Of a stretch of DNA of 64,000 bases, positions 33,968 to 48,500 are shown one piece after another (position 1 is the first letter of the stretch; every line of letters starts with the position of its first letter). The notes beneath the pieces were generated by a model. That model did no database searches, was not told the DNA's origin, and worked only from the letters and a program-made list of their open reading frames with translations. The translations under genes and the position numbers were made by a program. Origin of the DNA: Eledone cirrhosa (taxonomy: Eukaryota); contig OZ024743.1 of assembly GCA_964016885.1 (NCBI GenBank), positions 294,562,001 through 294,626,000 on the forward strand, written 5' to 3'.

Positions 33968-35303
33968 GGAGGTGAGTTTTATTGAAGTACAATAAAGCAA
34001 TGCAGATATCGGATAAGTAGCACTCTACAGTTTGTAGGACTGGAGTATAAATAATATATAATATCAAAAGATGGTTAAAAGAGTTCCATGTATTTTATTA
34101 TGCGCATTTCAAAAACAAATATCATCATGCGATGACATTTGCCTTTTCGTCAGATAAAATAGGGTGACATGATATGAAGGTTAAAAAACACTTGTGAATA
34201 GTGTAGTTTTAAATCAACATATGAAAAGTAGTTTTAGATTGATGTGTGATATCGGGAAACAAATTGAAGGTGGGGGGGATGGAAAGGATGGAAAAGAGGA
34301 GGAGATGAGAGTAAAGCATGGAGGGGGAGGTGTATAATAAGGAAGGATAAGATAGGAGGAGAGATGGGTGATAGAGAAAGAGAGATTGCTTTTATAACTG
34401 AGAAAAATATATTGTTTTACAGAGAGAGGTTAAAAAAACCGTTGGAAGATAATATATAAATTAAAAGAATTTGAAAATTAACGAAGAGGAAAATTTAAGA
34501 ATAATGTTAAATTAAGGTTTGTATATTGAAGGGTTTAATAATATGTGCGATGAAAAGAAATTGTTAATATGTATTAAGAATAATATTAAGTTAAGGTTTG
34601 AATATTGAAGGGTTTTCTCCGCTCATTTGTAAACAAAACATTTACATATATTAATTCATCCACTCTTCAACTTCTTTTCACAATATATCTTTAATTACAT
34701 TACTAATTTTATATTTTTTTAAATAATACATTTCAACAATTTCTTTCCATCGCACATATTATTAAACCCTTCAATATTCAAACCTTAACTTAATATTATT
34801 CTTAATACATATTAGCAATTTCTTTTCATCGCACATATTATTAAACCCTTCAATATACAAACCTTAATTTAACATTATTCTTAAATTTTTCTCTTCGTTA
34901 ATTTTCAAATTCTTTTAATTTATATATTATCTTCCAACGGTTTTTTTAACCTCTCTCTGTAAAACAATATATTTTTCTCAGTTATAAAAGCAATCTCTCT
35001 CTCTCTATCACCCATCTCTCCTCCTATCTCATCCTTCCTTATTATACTCCTCCCTCTCCATTCTTTACTCTCATCTCCTCCTCTTTTCCATCCTTTCCAC
35101 CCCCCACCCCTTCAATTTTTTTCCCAATATCACACATCAATCTAAAACTACTTTTCATATGTTGATTTAAAACTACACTATTCACAAGTGTTTTTTAACC
35201 TTCATATCATGTCTCCCTATTTTATCTGACGAAAACGCAAATGTCATCGCATGATGTTATTTTGTTTTTAAAATACATGGAACTCCTTTAATCATCTTTT
35301 GAT

Positions 35304-35306
<3 letters not shown>
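33965..35306. mobile_element. Family B PLE 3' end as a tail-out inverted repeat
   Basis: 34066-34614 mirrors 34765-35306 and is homologous to 8790-9400. Confidence 0.88.
34093..34159 (-). ncRNA. Type I hammerhead (family B, CUGACGA)
   Basis: Minus strand: TTTTAT-CTGACGA...GAAA-TGCGCA-TA^ATAAAA. The opposite-arm copy (~35220-35275) has lost GAAATGCGCATAAT. Confidence 0.8.
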
Positions 35307-35379
<73 letters not shown>

Positions 35380-36049
35380 TATATATATATATATATCCTA
35401 AACAAATTCAATAAATATGCGAGACTCAAATATTTTGCATTTAAACTATGTAATCTATTTGCACTACTACTGAACCTATTTACATAGAGAGAAATGTGAT
35501 ATATTTCAGCATCAAATTATAGACACAGACAAAATGAAATGGGAAAAAAATAATATTTCAATGCCAGAACGTTCCCCGTCTCATTTATGAGTTTTCTTGA
35601 AGTTTCGTTACATATTAATGGAAAAAAATCTAATTCCATGTGAGACACATGAAAGACTCAAGTATTTTGTAAGAAATGTGTGAAGTCGCTGTCGAGATAT
35701 GTACTTGACAGTACAAAATCAACATTCTATTCCATGTTTCAATATATATTTAACGTTGTTCTAGAACATTTTTATGATAAAACTAAAACGAAAACTAATA
35801 AATAAGCAGGATAGTTTAGGAAACGAATAATAAATGTCTTTCACCAAAGGTAGGTGCTTTCAGTTAATCAATTTTTTCATGATCTTTATAGAGCGGGACG
35901 AAATCACCGCTCCCCAACTTTGTACTCGTAGTCCTTGAACATATAAGCATCTTGTTAAAAATATACTGCAAACATACTATGTATAAGCATTTCTCTGTTT
36001 CGTCTGTTATTCTCGCCGTATAAATATTTGAAACAAGAGAAATTGTGTT

Positions 36050-36232
36050 ATGGGAACTGGCAGTATCGGTAGAGGGTCGGACGCCATGCTTTCCAGCATA
36101 GTTACGTCCTTTTACGATCTGAGTTCAAATCCCGCCGAGGTTGACTTTGCCTTTCATCCTTACGGGGTCGATAAAATAAAGTTCCAGTAATGCTGGGTAA
36201 TTGCTGGCCTTGTGCCAAAAGTAGAAACAATT
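36050..36232 (+). mobile_element. tRNA-derived SINE, octopus-type
   Basis: A box TGGCAGTATCGGTAG, B box GAGTTCAAATCC, central GCCTTTCATCCTTACGGGGTCGATAAAAT, 3' GGCCTTGTGCCAAAAGTAGAAACAATT. Confidence 0.85.
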
Positions 36233-36399
36233 ATTTTATATAAAAGTAATCCTTGTTTCTAGATTAGATATATAAAAGTAATTATCCAAGTCTGCGGATT
36301 AGAAACATTTGATTATTATTAGTTACTCGAAGCAGTGCTAGACTTTCACGTTGTGGATATATCTATCTATCTATCGTTCTCTCTCTCTATATATATGTA

Positions 36400-36584
36400 A
36401 AATTATTAAAATAACAGATTAAACTTAGTTTCAGAAGATCCCGTTAAGGGTGAAAGCACCGATTCTTTCCGATTCTTTAATCTGTTATTTTAATAAATAT
36501 TTGCTCTACGGTTCTTATATATTTGATATATATTTATTCTTATCGAGCCCCCCTTTGGATTTTAGTCTTCAAATTTATTATTAT

Positions 36585-36590
<6 letters not shown>
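36400..36590 (+). mobile_element. Family C PLE extreme 3' end with a short inverted head
   Basis: AGTTTCAGAAGATCCCGTTAAGGGTGAAAGC...TTATTATTACTA followed by (TA)n. Confidence 0.8.
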
Positions 36591-36623
<33 letters not shown>

Positions 36624-36692
36624 AGCGTCGGGACTCGACGGCTGAGCTCATGCCGTTTCAACAGCTAGTTCCTCATAGTCTGGATCCAGCTG

Positions 36693-36730
<38 letters not shown>

Positions 36731-39608
36731 GATAGATTTAGTTTGAAACTGGTTAGGCCATTACTCAACAGAGAAATCGATAATTGTGGTAGTAGAGTAT
36801 GGTTATATTATAAAGAGCTCTTGCCGTTTCAACAGCTAGTTCCAGGCAGTCTGGAACTAGCTGTTGAAACGGCTCGAGAGAATGTCTGTTTGATCATGAG
36901 ACAGGGATGCTGAACACCGAATGATTCTCTCTGACTCGCTTTCCCTCACACTCTCTCTATCTCATATATATAAAAGTTAAAACGTCAGTGGTCTCTTTAA
37001 AGATTTCGTGTTATAGGGTTTGGGAAATGTACTGACTGAACTTTAGTATTAATGTGCCACATAAGTTTATGATTATTTATATATATTTTCTTTAGGTGCA
37101 CCGGTTTCAGCTAGGTTTACAGTCCTTTCAAAACGATTTTCGCTACAGTCTTTCAAAAAATGTTCTTGGTTTACGTTTATCTCACGTGGTTGGTAGCTTG
37201 TTTTCTGGCTGAGTATAAGAGACGCATTGTATCTTTGTCGCTTATATCGAGGGAAATATGGTTCATTGCAAGAGGCGTAATTCAGGCTTGATTACGTGTT
37301 TTTTTTTAGATTTTTATGTGTGTAAAAAATTGACTTTTCGTTTGAATTTACTTATGAAAAATCTTTCCTTACTAATCCGTTTTTCCTGACTAAAACATTC
37401 ACTTGGGTAGAATGGGATCATTCTCTATATGTTGACTTACATGGATCTTTCTGGTGTGTCGTTCACCCATTTGTTGGCGATGAACTGTCATTCGACTTTG
37501 AAATAAAGTACGTGTGTGTCCATTATAATGTTTGCGACAACCTTTACACGTTTTTATGTATATTAGATTCTTCAAGTTGCAAGCGAAATCATTTCTAATT
37601 TTGCAATAGGACCATATGAGAAATTAAATTCGTTACCTTCTAACAGATATTTGCATACTCTGCTGTGAGCTCGATTTTTTTTTTTTTACTTCAGGTCTTT
37701 TTGATAACGGCTTGCGTCTTTGCATTCGTTAGTATCTGTTTTGGTGATTTTGGTTGTCGTTTACTTTTTATGATTGGATGTTGTTGCAAGATGCTTTTCA
37801 TTTTCTTTTCCTTAAGCCAACACACACATATATATGTGTGTGTGTATTTTGTCTGTTTGTATTTATAAATACTTGAGTGTTATGTGGAATGAATTCATAT
37901 AGTATTTTGCGTGTTAACTAATTTACAACTGTGTATAATTTACAATCTATTCCTTGGTTAAATACATAAATCTTAGCGGGTAAGACGCCCGTGGTTTAAT
38001 TTTGTTTCGTTGTTATATACCTTCGAATTGGTGAAGCAAATTTATAACGCTTAACAAACTTTGGACATAAGATTGTTCCTTTCCCACCTCCCTATCTCTT
38101 TCTCTTTGTCTTTCTTACTTTCTTACTCTCTCTCTAAGTGTGTGCTCATGCTATTTCGAATGATTTGATGGAATCTAAAAGGTTAATGTTAAGGTTAGTC
38201 TTATGCCGGAAGCTGCGTAATAAACTCTGTAATCCATAAAAGAGCGACCTATTGCAGTTAACTGACTCCAAGTCTAATAAACTAAGATAGCTAGTTTATC
38301 AACTGAGCCTTGTGTGGAATAAATATATTGCTACCCAGAGACACATCTACAATGGAATTCCACATACATTATCTAAGTCCCCCAATATTTTGCCTGTGCA
38401 CGTTACACAAATCTTTCAAACACATGCACACGAGTATGATAGTCAATAATTATCCAGTCTCCTAAGACCAAAGACATATGTCGAGCGTATCTTTAAATAA
38501 ATGATTTTAAGCTCCAGACTTAACAGGATTAATTTCTCAAACCTTACTCTGTTTCTCAATAAATACTTATTTTCTTCATGCAAATCTCTAACGACGTACT
38601 ACACACGTATACAAACACAACGATCACCCTAATATTTTAATCAATTATTTAATTAGACTATTCCCCGGAGACATTTTAATCATTCAACAAATCTACACAT
38701 TTGGAATGGTTCATCAACTTGAGCTATGGGTTCATGCAATGATTAGTATTATTGTATTTTTATCAATAACTTTTACAATCTGCTGTGTGTTTTAAAACTA
38801 AAAAGTGGCCGGGATCATCCAGAAGAAAGAAGAATTCTATATGGATTAATTCACGGGAAAATATTTTCTGACATACGCATGAGACAAGAAATGGTCGAAA
38901 AGAAATGGTCATTTTATATCAGGCCGTATCACATGCTTTGTACTTTACTTCATTGAACCCCGATAATAACCTCGACAGTCCTAACATTCAGAAGTTAAAT
39001 AGCCGGAATAAACAAAATATGGCACATTTCCTGACGATATAATCATTCTGTCAATCATATGCACTAACATTTACTATTACTCTATTACGTATTTAAACCG
39101 ACAGGCGCAGGTCATGCTGGGGCACCACCATTGAGTACGCATTATTTTACACAGAATTCTGCCAATTCTAAATACCTAAACTAAACCTGACTAGAGTGAA
39201 CTCCATCAACATTAATTACAACTACATTACACCAAATAATTGCCTAATAAATCATATGATTATTGTTTACGAAGCTATTGTAGAAGCTAACAATTTGTCG
39301 AAATCATATAATAAACATACTGAGAAACATTCAATTTAAGATGCAATCTGCATTTTATCATTTTCGTAAATCAAAATAGATATCAAATTTGATACCGGTC
39401 TGGAAATGAAAGACATTAATTTTAACCTGGAATAGAATATAATCTCCAAGTCTAAGTCTTATTCTAGAAACAATAAAAAGAAAAATGTCCCAACTATGTA
39501 TAGCCGATGTAACCCTTTGATATCCTATATAGACTGCTTTTTTAATTTACTCATTGATATTTCCTTATTGGATCAAGGATCCAAATTACATTTTCATTGT
39601 AATTATCA

Positions 39609-39972
39609 TTGGCTGAAATACATTGTTTAACCTTTGTAACAGAATTTCTGGGTCACGCTGTATATGTCACTACGGTTAGCTTCCTCTTTACCCTCTGCGA
39701 CAAACGCCAACCACATCTCGTAATAAATTTAATTTTTCACACTATTCTCACTATCCTGCATTTATGATTAAACTTCACCGATTTTACGAGCTATTATATT
39801 ATCGTAAACACTTAATACTTCAGAAGAGCCGTATAATTAGACATCCAGTTCTAAGAATGAATATATATTTTTACTTTATTAAATCGAAAATATAATTTGA
39901 GACTACTACCTTATAATTTGATTAAACTCAGTAATATTGATAAAAAAGTTTTACAATTCCACCATTAATACA
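39609..39972 (+). repeat. Direct duplicate of 41671-42033 (transposon right end plus unique flank)
   Basis: Near-identical TTGGCTGAAATACATTG...TTAATACA at both sites. Confidence 0.92.
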
Positions 39973-40020
39973 TTTGCTCTTTTCAATCATAACCCTTAAT
40001 TGTAAATGGTGTTGCCTACA

Positions 40021-40210
40021 TAATTGTTTCTGCTTTTGGCACAAGGCCAGCAAATAGCCCAGTGTATTCTGGTACTTTATTTTATCGACCCCGTAAGGAT
40101 GACAGGCAAAGTTAACCTCGACGGGAGTTAAACTCAGACCGTAAAGGGACGTAAATATGTTAGAAAGCATGGCGACCAACCCTCTACCGATACTGCCAAT
40201 TCACCGCCCT
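40021..40210 (-). mobile_element. tRNA-derived SINE, octopus-type
   Basis: Reverse complement of the 36050-36232 family. The minus strand begins GGGCGGTGAATTGGCAGTATCGGTAG. Confidence 0.85.
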
Positions 40211-40390
40211 ATATTATAATGTGTTCTCATTTGGTCCGTAGTATGTACCTGCTTATTTTGACTATGTTTAATACATTGTAGTCAACATAAAACAAATAAC
40301 TAATACACCACCAATACATGTGCACATATATAATTACGTTAAACTTAATATGCCATTTACAACTCCCCACCAAATCTACAAGAAGCTATA

Positions 40391-41722
40391 CAGGGTGACC
40401 CAAAAGTTCTGTTACATGTTTTTTAAGTTCTTAGTTTAGCATAAAATGTGGCAATATTATCTTTATCTTATATCGTGAACGCTCTGCTGTAGTTGAGCTA
40501 CATCAAGCTCGCAAGTCGCCATCTGAAAATTTGAATCTTCTTAATTAGCCGAAAACGAAGCGAATGTTCATTTATTGAACCATTAATCAATTCAGGAACA
40601 CATGAGGAGTTCAAGATGGATCCAGAACAGAACTTCCCAGGTCAGTGAGAACTTCCAGACTCAAGACAATCATCAGTTCCAGTGTTTAAAGAAATCCAAG
40701 GTGCTCCGTGAGAAAGATGGCTCCTTTGCTGGGAGTTTCAAGAGAATCTTTGAGGCGAGTTGTCAAAAGTGACTTGGGATTTGCTTCATTGAAACGTCGA
40801 AAGGTTCACAGCCTAACAACAGCTTCAAGGGGGAAGAGACTCACAAAATTGTGTGTACTGCTTCCGCGGATCGATACTCATGGCCTGGACAACGTGCTCT
40901 TCACAGATGAGAAGTTGTTCATTGTAGAAGAAGCTCACAACAGCCAAAATGCGAAAAACCGCTCAGTCATTACCACAGGATGCCAGAAGTACACAAGGCT
41001 TGATTTTGACTCCTTCATGTGTCAAAAGTAAGCCTTGATTTTGACAATTGAGCCAGAAATTGTTTAACGGTGGCCTGGCCCCTTTCTCCTCCGGCAGAAT
41101 AGAGCACTTGCCTACACTGCAAACAGGAGTCAGAGGTGGCTTCGTGAGAATTTCCCAGATTACTTGTTCACAGAAGAGTGGTCCTACTTATGCCCACACC
41201 TGACCACAATGGACTTTAGCATTTGCTCCATTTTTGAGACTAATGCTTGTGCTAAATCTCATCATTCAGTAGCGCCTTTGAAGGGGTACCTGCAGAGAGA
41301 ATGGGATAAAACACCACTAGAAGTTTTGCTTGCCGCTGTTGAAGCAATGCCTTGTAATCTTAAGGCGTTAAAGAAACGAGGTGGATTTATTGAACAATTG
41401 TTTCTACTTTTGGCAAAAAGCCAGCAATTACCTAGTCCATTACTGGTACTTTATGTTATCGACCCCGTAAGGATGAAAGACAAAGTTAACCTCGGCGGGA
41501 TTTGAACTCAGAATGGCAAGGGCCTTAACTCTATAGGTGAAAGCATGGTGTCCGACCCTCTACCGATACAGCCAATGCACCGCCCCTTATTTATTGAACA
41601 ATGTTTTGCTGTAACATTGATGAAAATGCTAATAACTAGTGTGCAAGTTTTCAAGTAAATTGGTTTAGATTTGGCTGAAATACATTGTTTAACCTTTGTA
41701 ACAGAACTTCTGGGTCACGCTG
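40391..41722 (+). mobile_element. Tc1/mariner transposon, maT (DD37D)-like; internally deleted and decayed
   Basis: TIRs CAGGGTGACCCAAAAGTTCTGTTACA / TGTAACAGAACTTCTGGGTCACGCTG, flanked by TA. Peptides VLFTDEKLFIVEEAHNSQN and WSYLCPHLTTMDFSICSIFETNACAKSHHSVAPLKGYLQREW. Confidence 0.85.
41399..41589 (-). mobile_element. SINE nested in the maT-like transposon, with a 13-bp TSD
   Basis: TTTATTGAACAAT at 41386-41398 and 41590-41602 flanks a full SINE copy. Confidence 0.9.
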
Positions 41723-42387
41723 TATATGTCACTACGGTTAGCTTCCTCTTTACCCTCTGCGACAAACGCCAACCACATCTCGTAATAAATTTAATTTTTC
41801 ACACTATTCTCACTATCCTGCATTTATGATTAAACTTCACTGATTTTACGAGCTATTATATTATCGTAAACACTTAATACTTCAGAAGAGCCGTATAATT
41901 AGACATCCAGTTCTAAGTATGAATATATATTTTTACTTTATTAAATTGAAAATATAATTTGAGACTACTACCTTATAATTTGATTAAACTCAGTAATATT
42001 GATAAAAAGTTTTACAATTCCACAATTAATACACGATTTTGATCATATATATTTAAATTATCATTTTCTGATTACACCAGCACCTCAAATTTGTCTCTTA
42101 TTTTACTTACATATATAATTTTATGTTTCCAATATAACATCCTAACATCCCTTTACAATATCTAATCAATTATTTTAATTATCAGCTAAAATATTTTATT
42201 TTATTCTTCCTGAAAACATTAATATAGATATAATTACGCTCACAATCATGAACTCACTTCCTTTACTTTAAATTATATTGTATTGGAAATAATAGAATTT
42301 TGCGTCACAATTTTTTATATATAATATCAAAATTATTAATAATGCAGATCGCAAACTTCATCTCCAAAAGTCACCTTCCCCGTAATA

Positions 42388-42522
<135 letters not shown>

Positions 42523-42689
42523 CGTTATTCCGGGTTGAATCGGAGGTAACCACAGTAAGTAAGGTACTCAATACATGACAGAGTATAAAAGTTTTAATAT
42601 AGATGAGATTCAAACAGGGCTAGAACTGTTTCAAACAGTTCTAGTCCCGTAGAATCTCATCTATATTAAAACTTATATATATATATATA

Positions 42690-43400
42690 TATTATGAAGA
42701 GAGAAGAAACATTTAGATATAATTAGTAATAAAATGTATCATACCTAAACTGCTCCTAGATTCCTCGACTACGTAGTTTCGTGGCATAAACAAAAACAAT
42801 ACATCATAAAGATATAGAGTCCTTGCGAGGTCTGCCGACTTATCAAGAGGATACCTCCATTTTATTACTAATTATATCTAAATGTTTCTTCTCTCTTCAT
42901 AATCTATTTTTAACTCTGATACTGGTTCAGTCTAATTCAACCGGATTGGTCTGTCCCAGTCTTTCATTGAGCAACATCGGTAAGGTTGGCACCATTAACT
43001 CACGGTTGGGTGCGGATGCATTCATGTATATGTGTGTGTCCGCATGTATCTGTGTGTTTCTAAATATATTGTTCATAACTCCCTCTGGTCGAGTAATCTT
43101 TGAAGTGTGGTGACTGCTGGAAAGCTGCCATTACTCATACTTCTCGCCCCCTTCACCACCTCTTCTAGGGCTTCGATATAAATACCCCCTCCGCATCCGT
43201 GGTATTTTCTTTGGGGTTATAAGAGGCTTAGCTCTGTTTCTCGACCGTTATATCGCGTGACTATTTCCCCCTCCGCCTTTTGGGATTCTTTCTCACGTCG
43301 TGTAGACGCGTTCTTGAAGCTAGTAAAATGAGGTATCCTCTTGATAAGTCGGCAGACCTCGCAAGGACTCTATATCTTTATGATGTATTGTTTTTGTTTA
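42690..43400. mobile_element. ORF-less 597-bp family unit with an inverted segment
   Basis: 42858-43400 matches 49052-49790. 42690-42856 is the reverse complement of 49454-49622. Confidence 0.85.
42762..42851 (-). ncRNA. Hammerhead with U3-A8 core variant
   Basis: Reverse complement of 49459-49550. Confidence 0.75.
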
Positions 43401-44210
43401 TATATGCTTTTGGTTATGTATTTATGTGAGTTTTGCGTATGTGTGAGTATGCGAGTTCGTACGTATGTAGGTTTGTATATATGTGTACTTCGTTCTTTGG
43501 TTGATGTACGCCTCCGAAAATTTGTGTACTTACATGTAGGTATTGTGTGAGTTCGTTATATACGTATTTATTTATATACGTTTATTTAATTATTAGTATA
43601 CACGCACACACACACACATATTTATATGTGCGTGTATTTGTATACCTATGGCGAATATTTTGCGTATGCTAGTTTTTGTACGTATTTGGATGCGTGATGT
43701 ATTTATTTAATTTCTATTACCTCTGTATTTTATTTACTTTATTCTCAACTCTGAAGCCGAGAATCATTCGGTTTCCTAGTTACAATTTTAGGCTACGACT
43801 TCAGTTATGCCATTTACGTGGTTTTGTCTTTGCTTGAAATTGCTCTCCACGCTCCACATATGACGTATTATCTTCGTTTTCTCCGTTCATTGCCAGAGAA
43901 CGTCTCTATGAACCACATAAGGGAACATTAGTCTACGACTTCTTTTATTCCATAAACGTGGTTCTGTCTTTGCGTGTAATTGTTTTTCACCGCTCCAATT
44001 AATGACGTATCATATTCGTTTTTTCCCGTTCTTTGCCAGGGAACGTTTCCACGAACCAAAGTATCGTCTTCCTGTCTTCCTCCGGTTGCTACGTTTTTTG
44101 AAATATCCACTTCTGCGTTTACAGATTGACTTTGTTAGTTTCAGAAGATCCCGTTAAGGGTGAAAGCAGCGATTCTTTGCTTAAACTTTAATCTGTTATT
44201 TTAATAAATA
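43400..44210 (+). mobile_element. Family C PLE 3' UTR/pLTR
   Basis: Homologous to 18340-19095, with an internal ~140-bp duplication shared with 63347-64000. Confidence 0.85.
44121..44196 (+). ncRNA. Type I hammerhead-fold RNA with non-canonical CAGAAGA core (family C)
   Basis: ACAGATT..AGTTT-CAGAAGA-TCCC-GTTAA-GGGT-GAAA-GCA-(9 nt)-TGC-TT^AAACT-TT-AATCTGT. All three stems pair. Confidence 0.7.
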
Positions 44211-44254
44211 TATATATGTGTATATATATATATGTGTATATATGTATATACATA

Positions 44255-44419
<165 letters not shown>

Positions 44420-44613
44420 GTATATATATATTTATATATGTATATATATATATACATATATGTATATATATATATGTATATGTATATATATATGTATATA
44501 TATATACGTATATATATGTATATATATATATGTATATATATATGTATATATATATATATATGTTGTTATACTTTGGGAGGGTCATGTTGCCAGTAAGTGA
44601 AAGCGTGTGTTTA

Positions 44614-44680
<67 letters not shown>

Positions 44681-44714
44681 ATATATATGGATACATATAT
44701 GTATATATATGTAT

Positions 44715-44776
<62 letters not shown>

Positions 44777-44831
44777 GTATATATATGTATGCATATATAT
44801 GTATATATATATGTATAGATATATATGTATA

Positions 44832-44882
<51 letters not shown>

Positions 44883-44938
44883 ATATGTAACTTTGAAAGG
44901 TTTGGGCCAGTAATGGCCCAGGCCATGTCTAACTTAAT

Positions 44939-44996
<58 letters not shown>

Positions 44997-45060
44997 TAAG
45001 GTAATGAATTCTTTTACAATGGAATTAGCCAGAAGGAGGAAAATACCCGCTGAGCCGTGT

Positions 45061-45521
45061 ATAAACTAATATGTATGTGATGAAACACAGATACCAACAC
45101 ATCTGTATATATATTGCAAAAGAAAAATTTAGCCAGATTGAAGTATACTAATTATTATACTACAGTTTGTCCATATCGATTTAAAATAATAAATTAACGA
45201 AGACGAACTGTATTGCCAGTCCCTGGATGTTTACTGAGGAGTGCAGGACATGATATTCCTACACTTATTTAACTCGAAACATATTTGGATTTTAAAGTTT
45301 AAACTTATCTACGGAACAGGTTTGATTTTGAAATTTAAATGTGTCTAAACATCATAGCCTCTTGGCAATACAGTTCGTCTTCGTTGATTTATTATTTTAA
45401 ATCGATATGGACAAACTGTAGTATAATAAATAGTATACTTCAATCTGGCTAAATTTTTCTTTTGCAATATATATACAGATGTGTTGGTATCTGTGTTTCA
45501 TCACATACATATTAGTTTATA
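45061..45521. mobile_element. PLE-type 3' end with ~160-bp inverted arms
   Basis: 45061-45218 mirrors 45362-45521. The spacer holds a hammerhead. Confidence 0.8.
45226..45353 (+). ncRNA. Type I hammerhead with a long helix III
   Basis: GATGTTTA-CTGAGGA-G..C-GAAA-CATATTT..AAATGTG-TC^TAAACATC, with a GUC triplet. The base of stem II is imperfect. Confidence 0.7.
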
Positions 45522-45539
45522 TATATATATATATTTTAA

Positions 45540-48500
45540 ATCAAAACCATCGATGAAGAGATCCTCCTGGAAATCAACAATAAAACTGAAGGCCCAAAGG
45601 TAGAGAAGATCTCCAAATTATGGAAAGGGGACTGCAACAGAGAAGAACTGAAATCCCTTCAACGCTGGGAAAAAAGTGCCGCTTGGTTCCTACACTATGA
45701 ATCGACTTTTCAAACGGATTACACCCCAATAACCCGTTCATAAAAATAGAAAAACCCATAACTGAACGTCACAACAACTTCGCAAACCCCAAGCCACTAA
45801 CAAACGAAGAAGGAAGCACCACACCGAAGATGAACTTCCCAACCTCGCTACCATAAGAAGGAACAAAAACCCTAGAAATCATCTCACCCAGAATAACATT
45901 TACAACTTTCCCCCTTCAAGGAAACACCATACCAAATCACTCAACTAATACGCGGATGCCTCATCGTCAAACACAGTGAAAATATACCACCACCATGATA
46001 GATGTAACAACTTCCCCGCTTCAAGGGGACAGCAAGGTAATTTCCATTTTCTCAACTCTCGCTTCCACAATACACAATAAACCCACACCACACGATACAA
46101 CCAATAACGTAGGCCACCTATAACACCACAATCAAACATGGCACATAGAAACACACATCCATACTCGCAATACAGGAACACCCCATTCAATCTACAACCA
46201 CGAACCCGAACCACATTTTACAACAACAAGGAATATAACAAACACAGGAGACCACTTAACATCAGCAGAAAACCCCTCTACCCCAACCATTTTTTAGACA
46301 CAGCACACAGATACAGGCAAACAAAATAACACAAGACAGGGAGGAGAAACCGAGAGTAATAAAAATTATCAATCTAACTAGTGCAGAACCAACACCCAAC
46401 CTTATCAACTTACTCTCCAAAGGTCTTAAATTCACACCGAGCCCACTACGTCCTAACTACTATGAAATGAAGGAAGACATCACAGACTTCTGTAGAAAGT
46501 TACGACTCAGTGAAGAACTATTCCACCAGTACAATGAGGATGAATCATTAGCCAGAAATAGAAGCAACTACACCCCATCAAAAGGTATAAATAAAATCCT
46601 GGACGAATTCTGTAAACACATCACAAACTTCCCTTACCAACACTTGCACAGACAAAAACACAAGCCAAACCTGAACAAGAAAGAATGGGAAGAAATAAAT
46701 AGATTAAAAACCGACAGGACCATTACAATTAAAGAGGCTGATAAAGGGAGTACAGTAGTCCTAATGGAGACAGAATTATATATCAACTTAGCGCTCTCCA
46801 CTTTGGAAAATGAAACATACTACGAAAAGGCTGAATACTACAATCAACAGAAAATTATCAGAAACCTAAAAACTCTGATCAACCAATACAAAGAAGGACT
46901 CACTAACAAGGAATTCAGCTTCATCACAGACTTCACAAGTAAATCCAGCCTTTTCTACGGTATCCCTAAAGTACATAAAAGCGAATTAATAAGTAAGGCA
47001 TGTAAGGAAGCCACAGACATAGTCATCAATGTCCCCTCAGCCAATGATCTCAAATTAAGACCTATAATAGCAGGCCCCGCTTGCGAAACCGACCGCCTTA
47101 GCAACTTCATTGATACCCTTCTCAAGCCTTTTCTCAAACACATCAAAAGCTATATAAGGGAAGACTAGATATGCTCAATCACCTCCCTAATATGCCCCTT
47201 TCTGAACAAACTCTACTAGTGACGTTCGATGTAGTCAACATATACTCCAACATCCCCCACAACCTAGTAATAGAAGCTATCCAATTCTGGCTGGATAATT
47301 ACCACAATGGACTCCCACAACGCATCAAAAAAGAATTCGTGATAGAGGGACTCAAATTTATCTTGGAGAACAATTACTTCGTTTTCAATAACAAACCCTA
47401 CAGGCAGAAATCTGGGACCGCTATGGGAACGAAAACAGCCCCCACTTATGCCAACCTAGTCATGGGATACCTGGAAATCACCCTCTACACTAAACTCCTA
47501 AACAAATTTGGAAACACTCTCCACTTACACATTAAAAGGAACTGGAAGCGATATCTAGATGACTGTTTCATCCTTTGGCACGAAAACATCGAGAAACTTG
47601 AAGAATTTCACACCCTTATAAATGGGCTCAACACGAATATTAACTTCACGATGGAATACAGCCATCAACAACTCACCTTCCTCGACATCCTCATTAAGAT
47701 CCATAATAAAAAAAATAGAAACAGACATATACTACAAGCCCACAGACTCCAAGCAATATCTTCCTTTTAACTCGTGCCACTCCAGACACGTTAAAATTAA
47801 TATTCCCTACAACTTAGCCAAGAGAATCTGTACTATAGTCTCCAATAAAAACACCTGCTACTTACGGCTACAAGAACTAAAGGACACACTCATAGGCAGG
47901 GACTACCCTGCATCACTAATTGACAATGGAATCCAACGTGCCCTAAAACTCAGTACCCAGGACCTTAGACACCCTAAAGTAAATCAACCGAAACTAAAAT
48001 CTCTTCCATGCATCTCCACACACAACCCCCTCAACAATGAGGCCTTTGACACCATCCTCCAGAACATCCCTGTGTTGAAAAAGGACCATAGAATGAACCA
48101 AATCCTACGAACACACGATATCATAAACAGCAAAAGACAATCTAAGTCAATGAAAAACATCCTAACACATGCCAAAGTACTGCCAACCACAACAACGAAA
48201 CTCACAGTAATAAAATACGATAGACCCAACTGTGGCATATGCATCAACCTAATAGAGGGTTCGGAATTCTATTTCAAAGAAAGACAACGTTTTATAGTAA
48301 AACACAATTTCACATGCGCATCAGAAAATCTAATATATGTATTAACTTGCTCAGGTTGTCGAGAAAAATACATAGGCCAGACCAAAAACAGCCTCCGCCA
48401 ACGCATGACTGTCCATAGATCCCAAATTAAAATACGGGAATACAGGAAAATACCACTGAGTGAACACATTGATACCTGTGCCGCCCAAAATCATCCCAAC

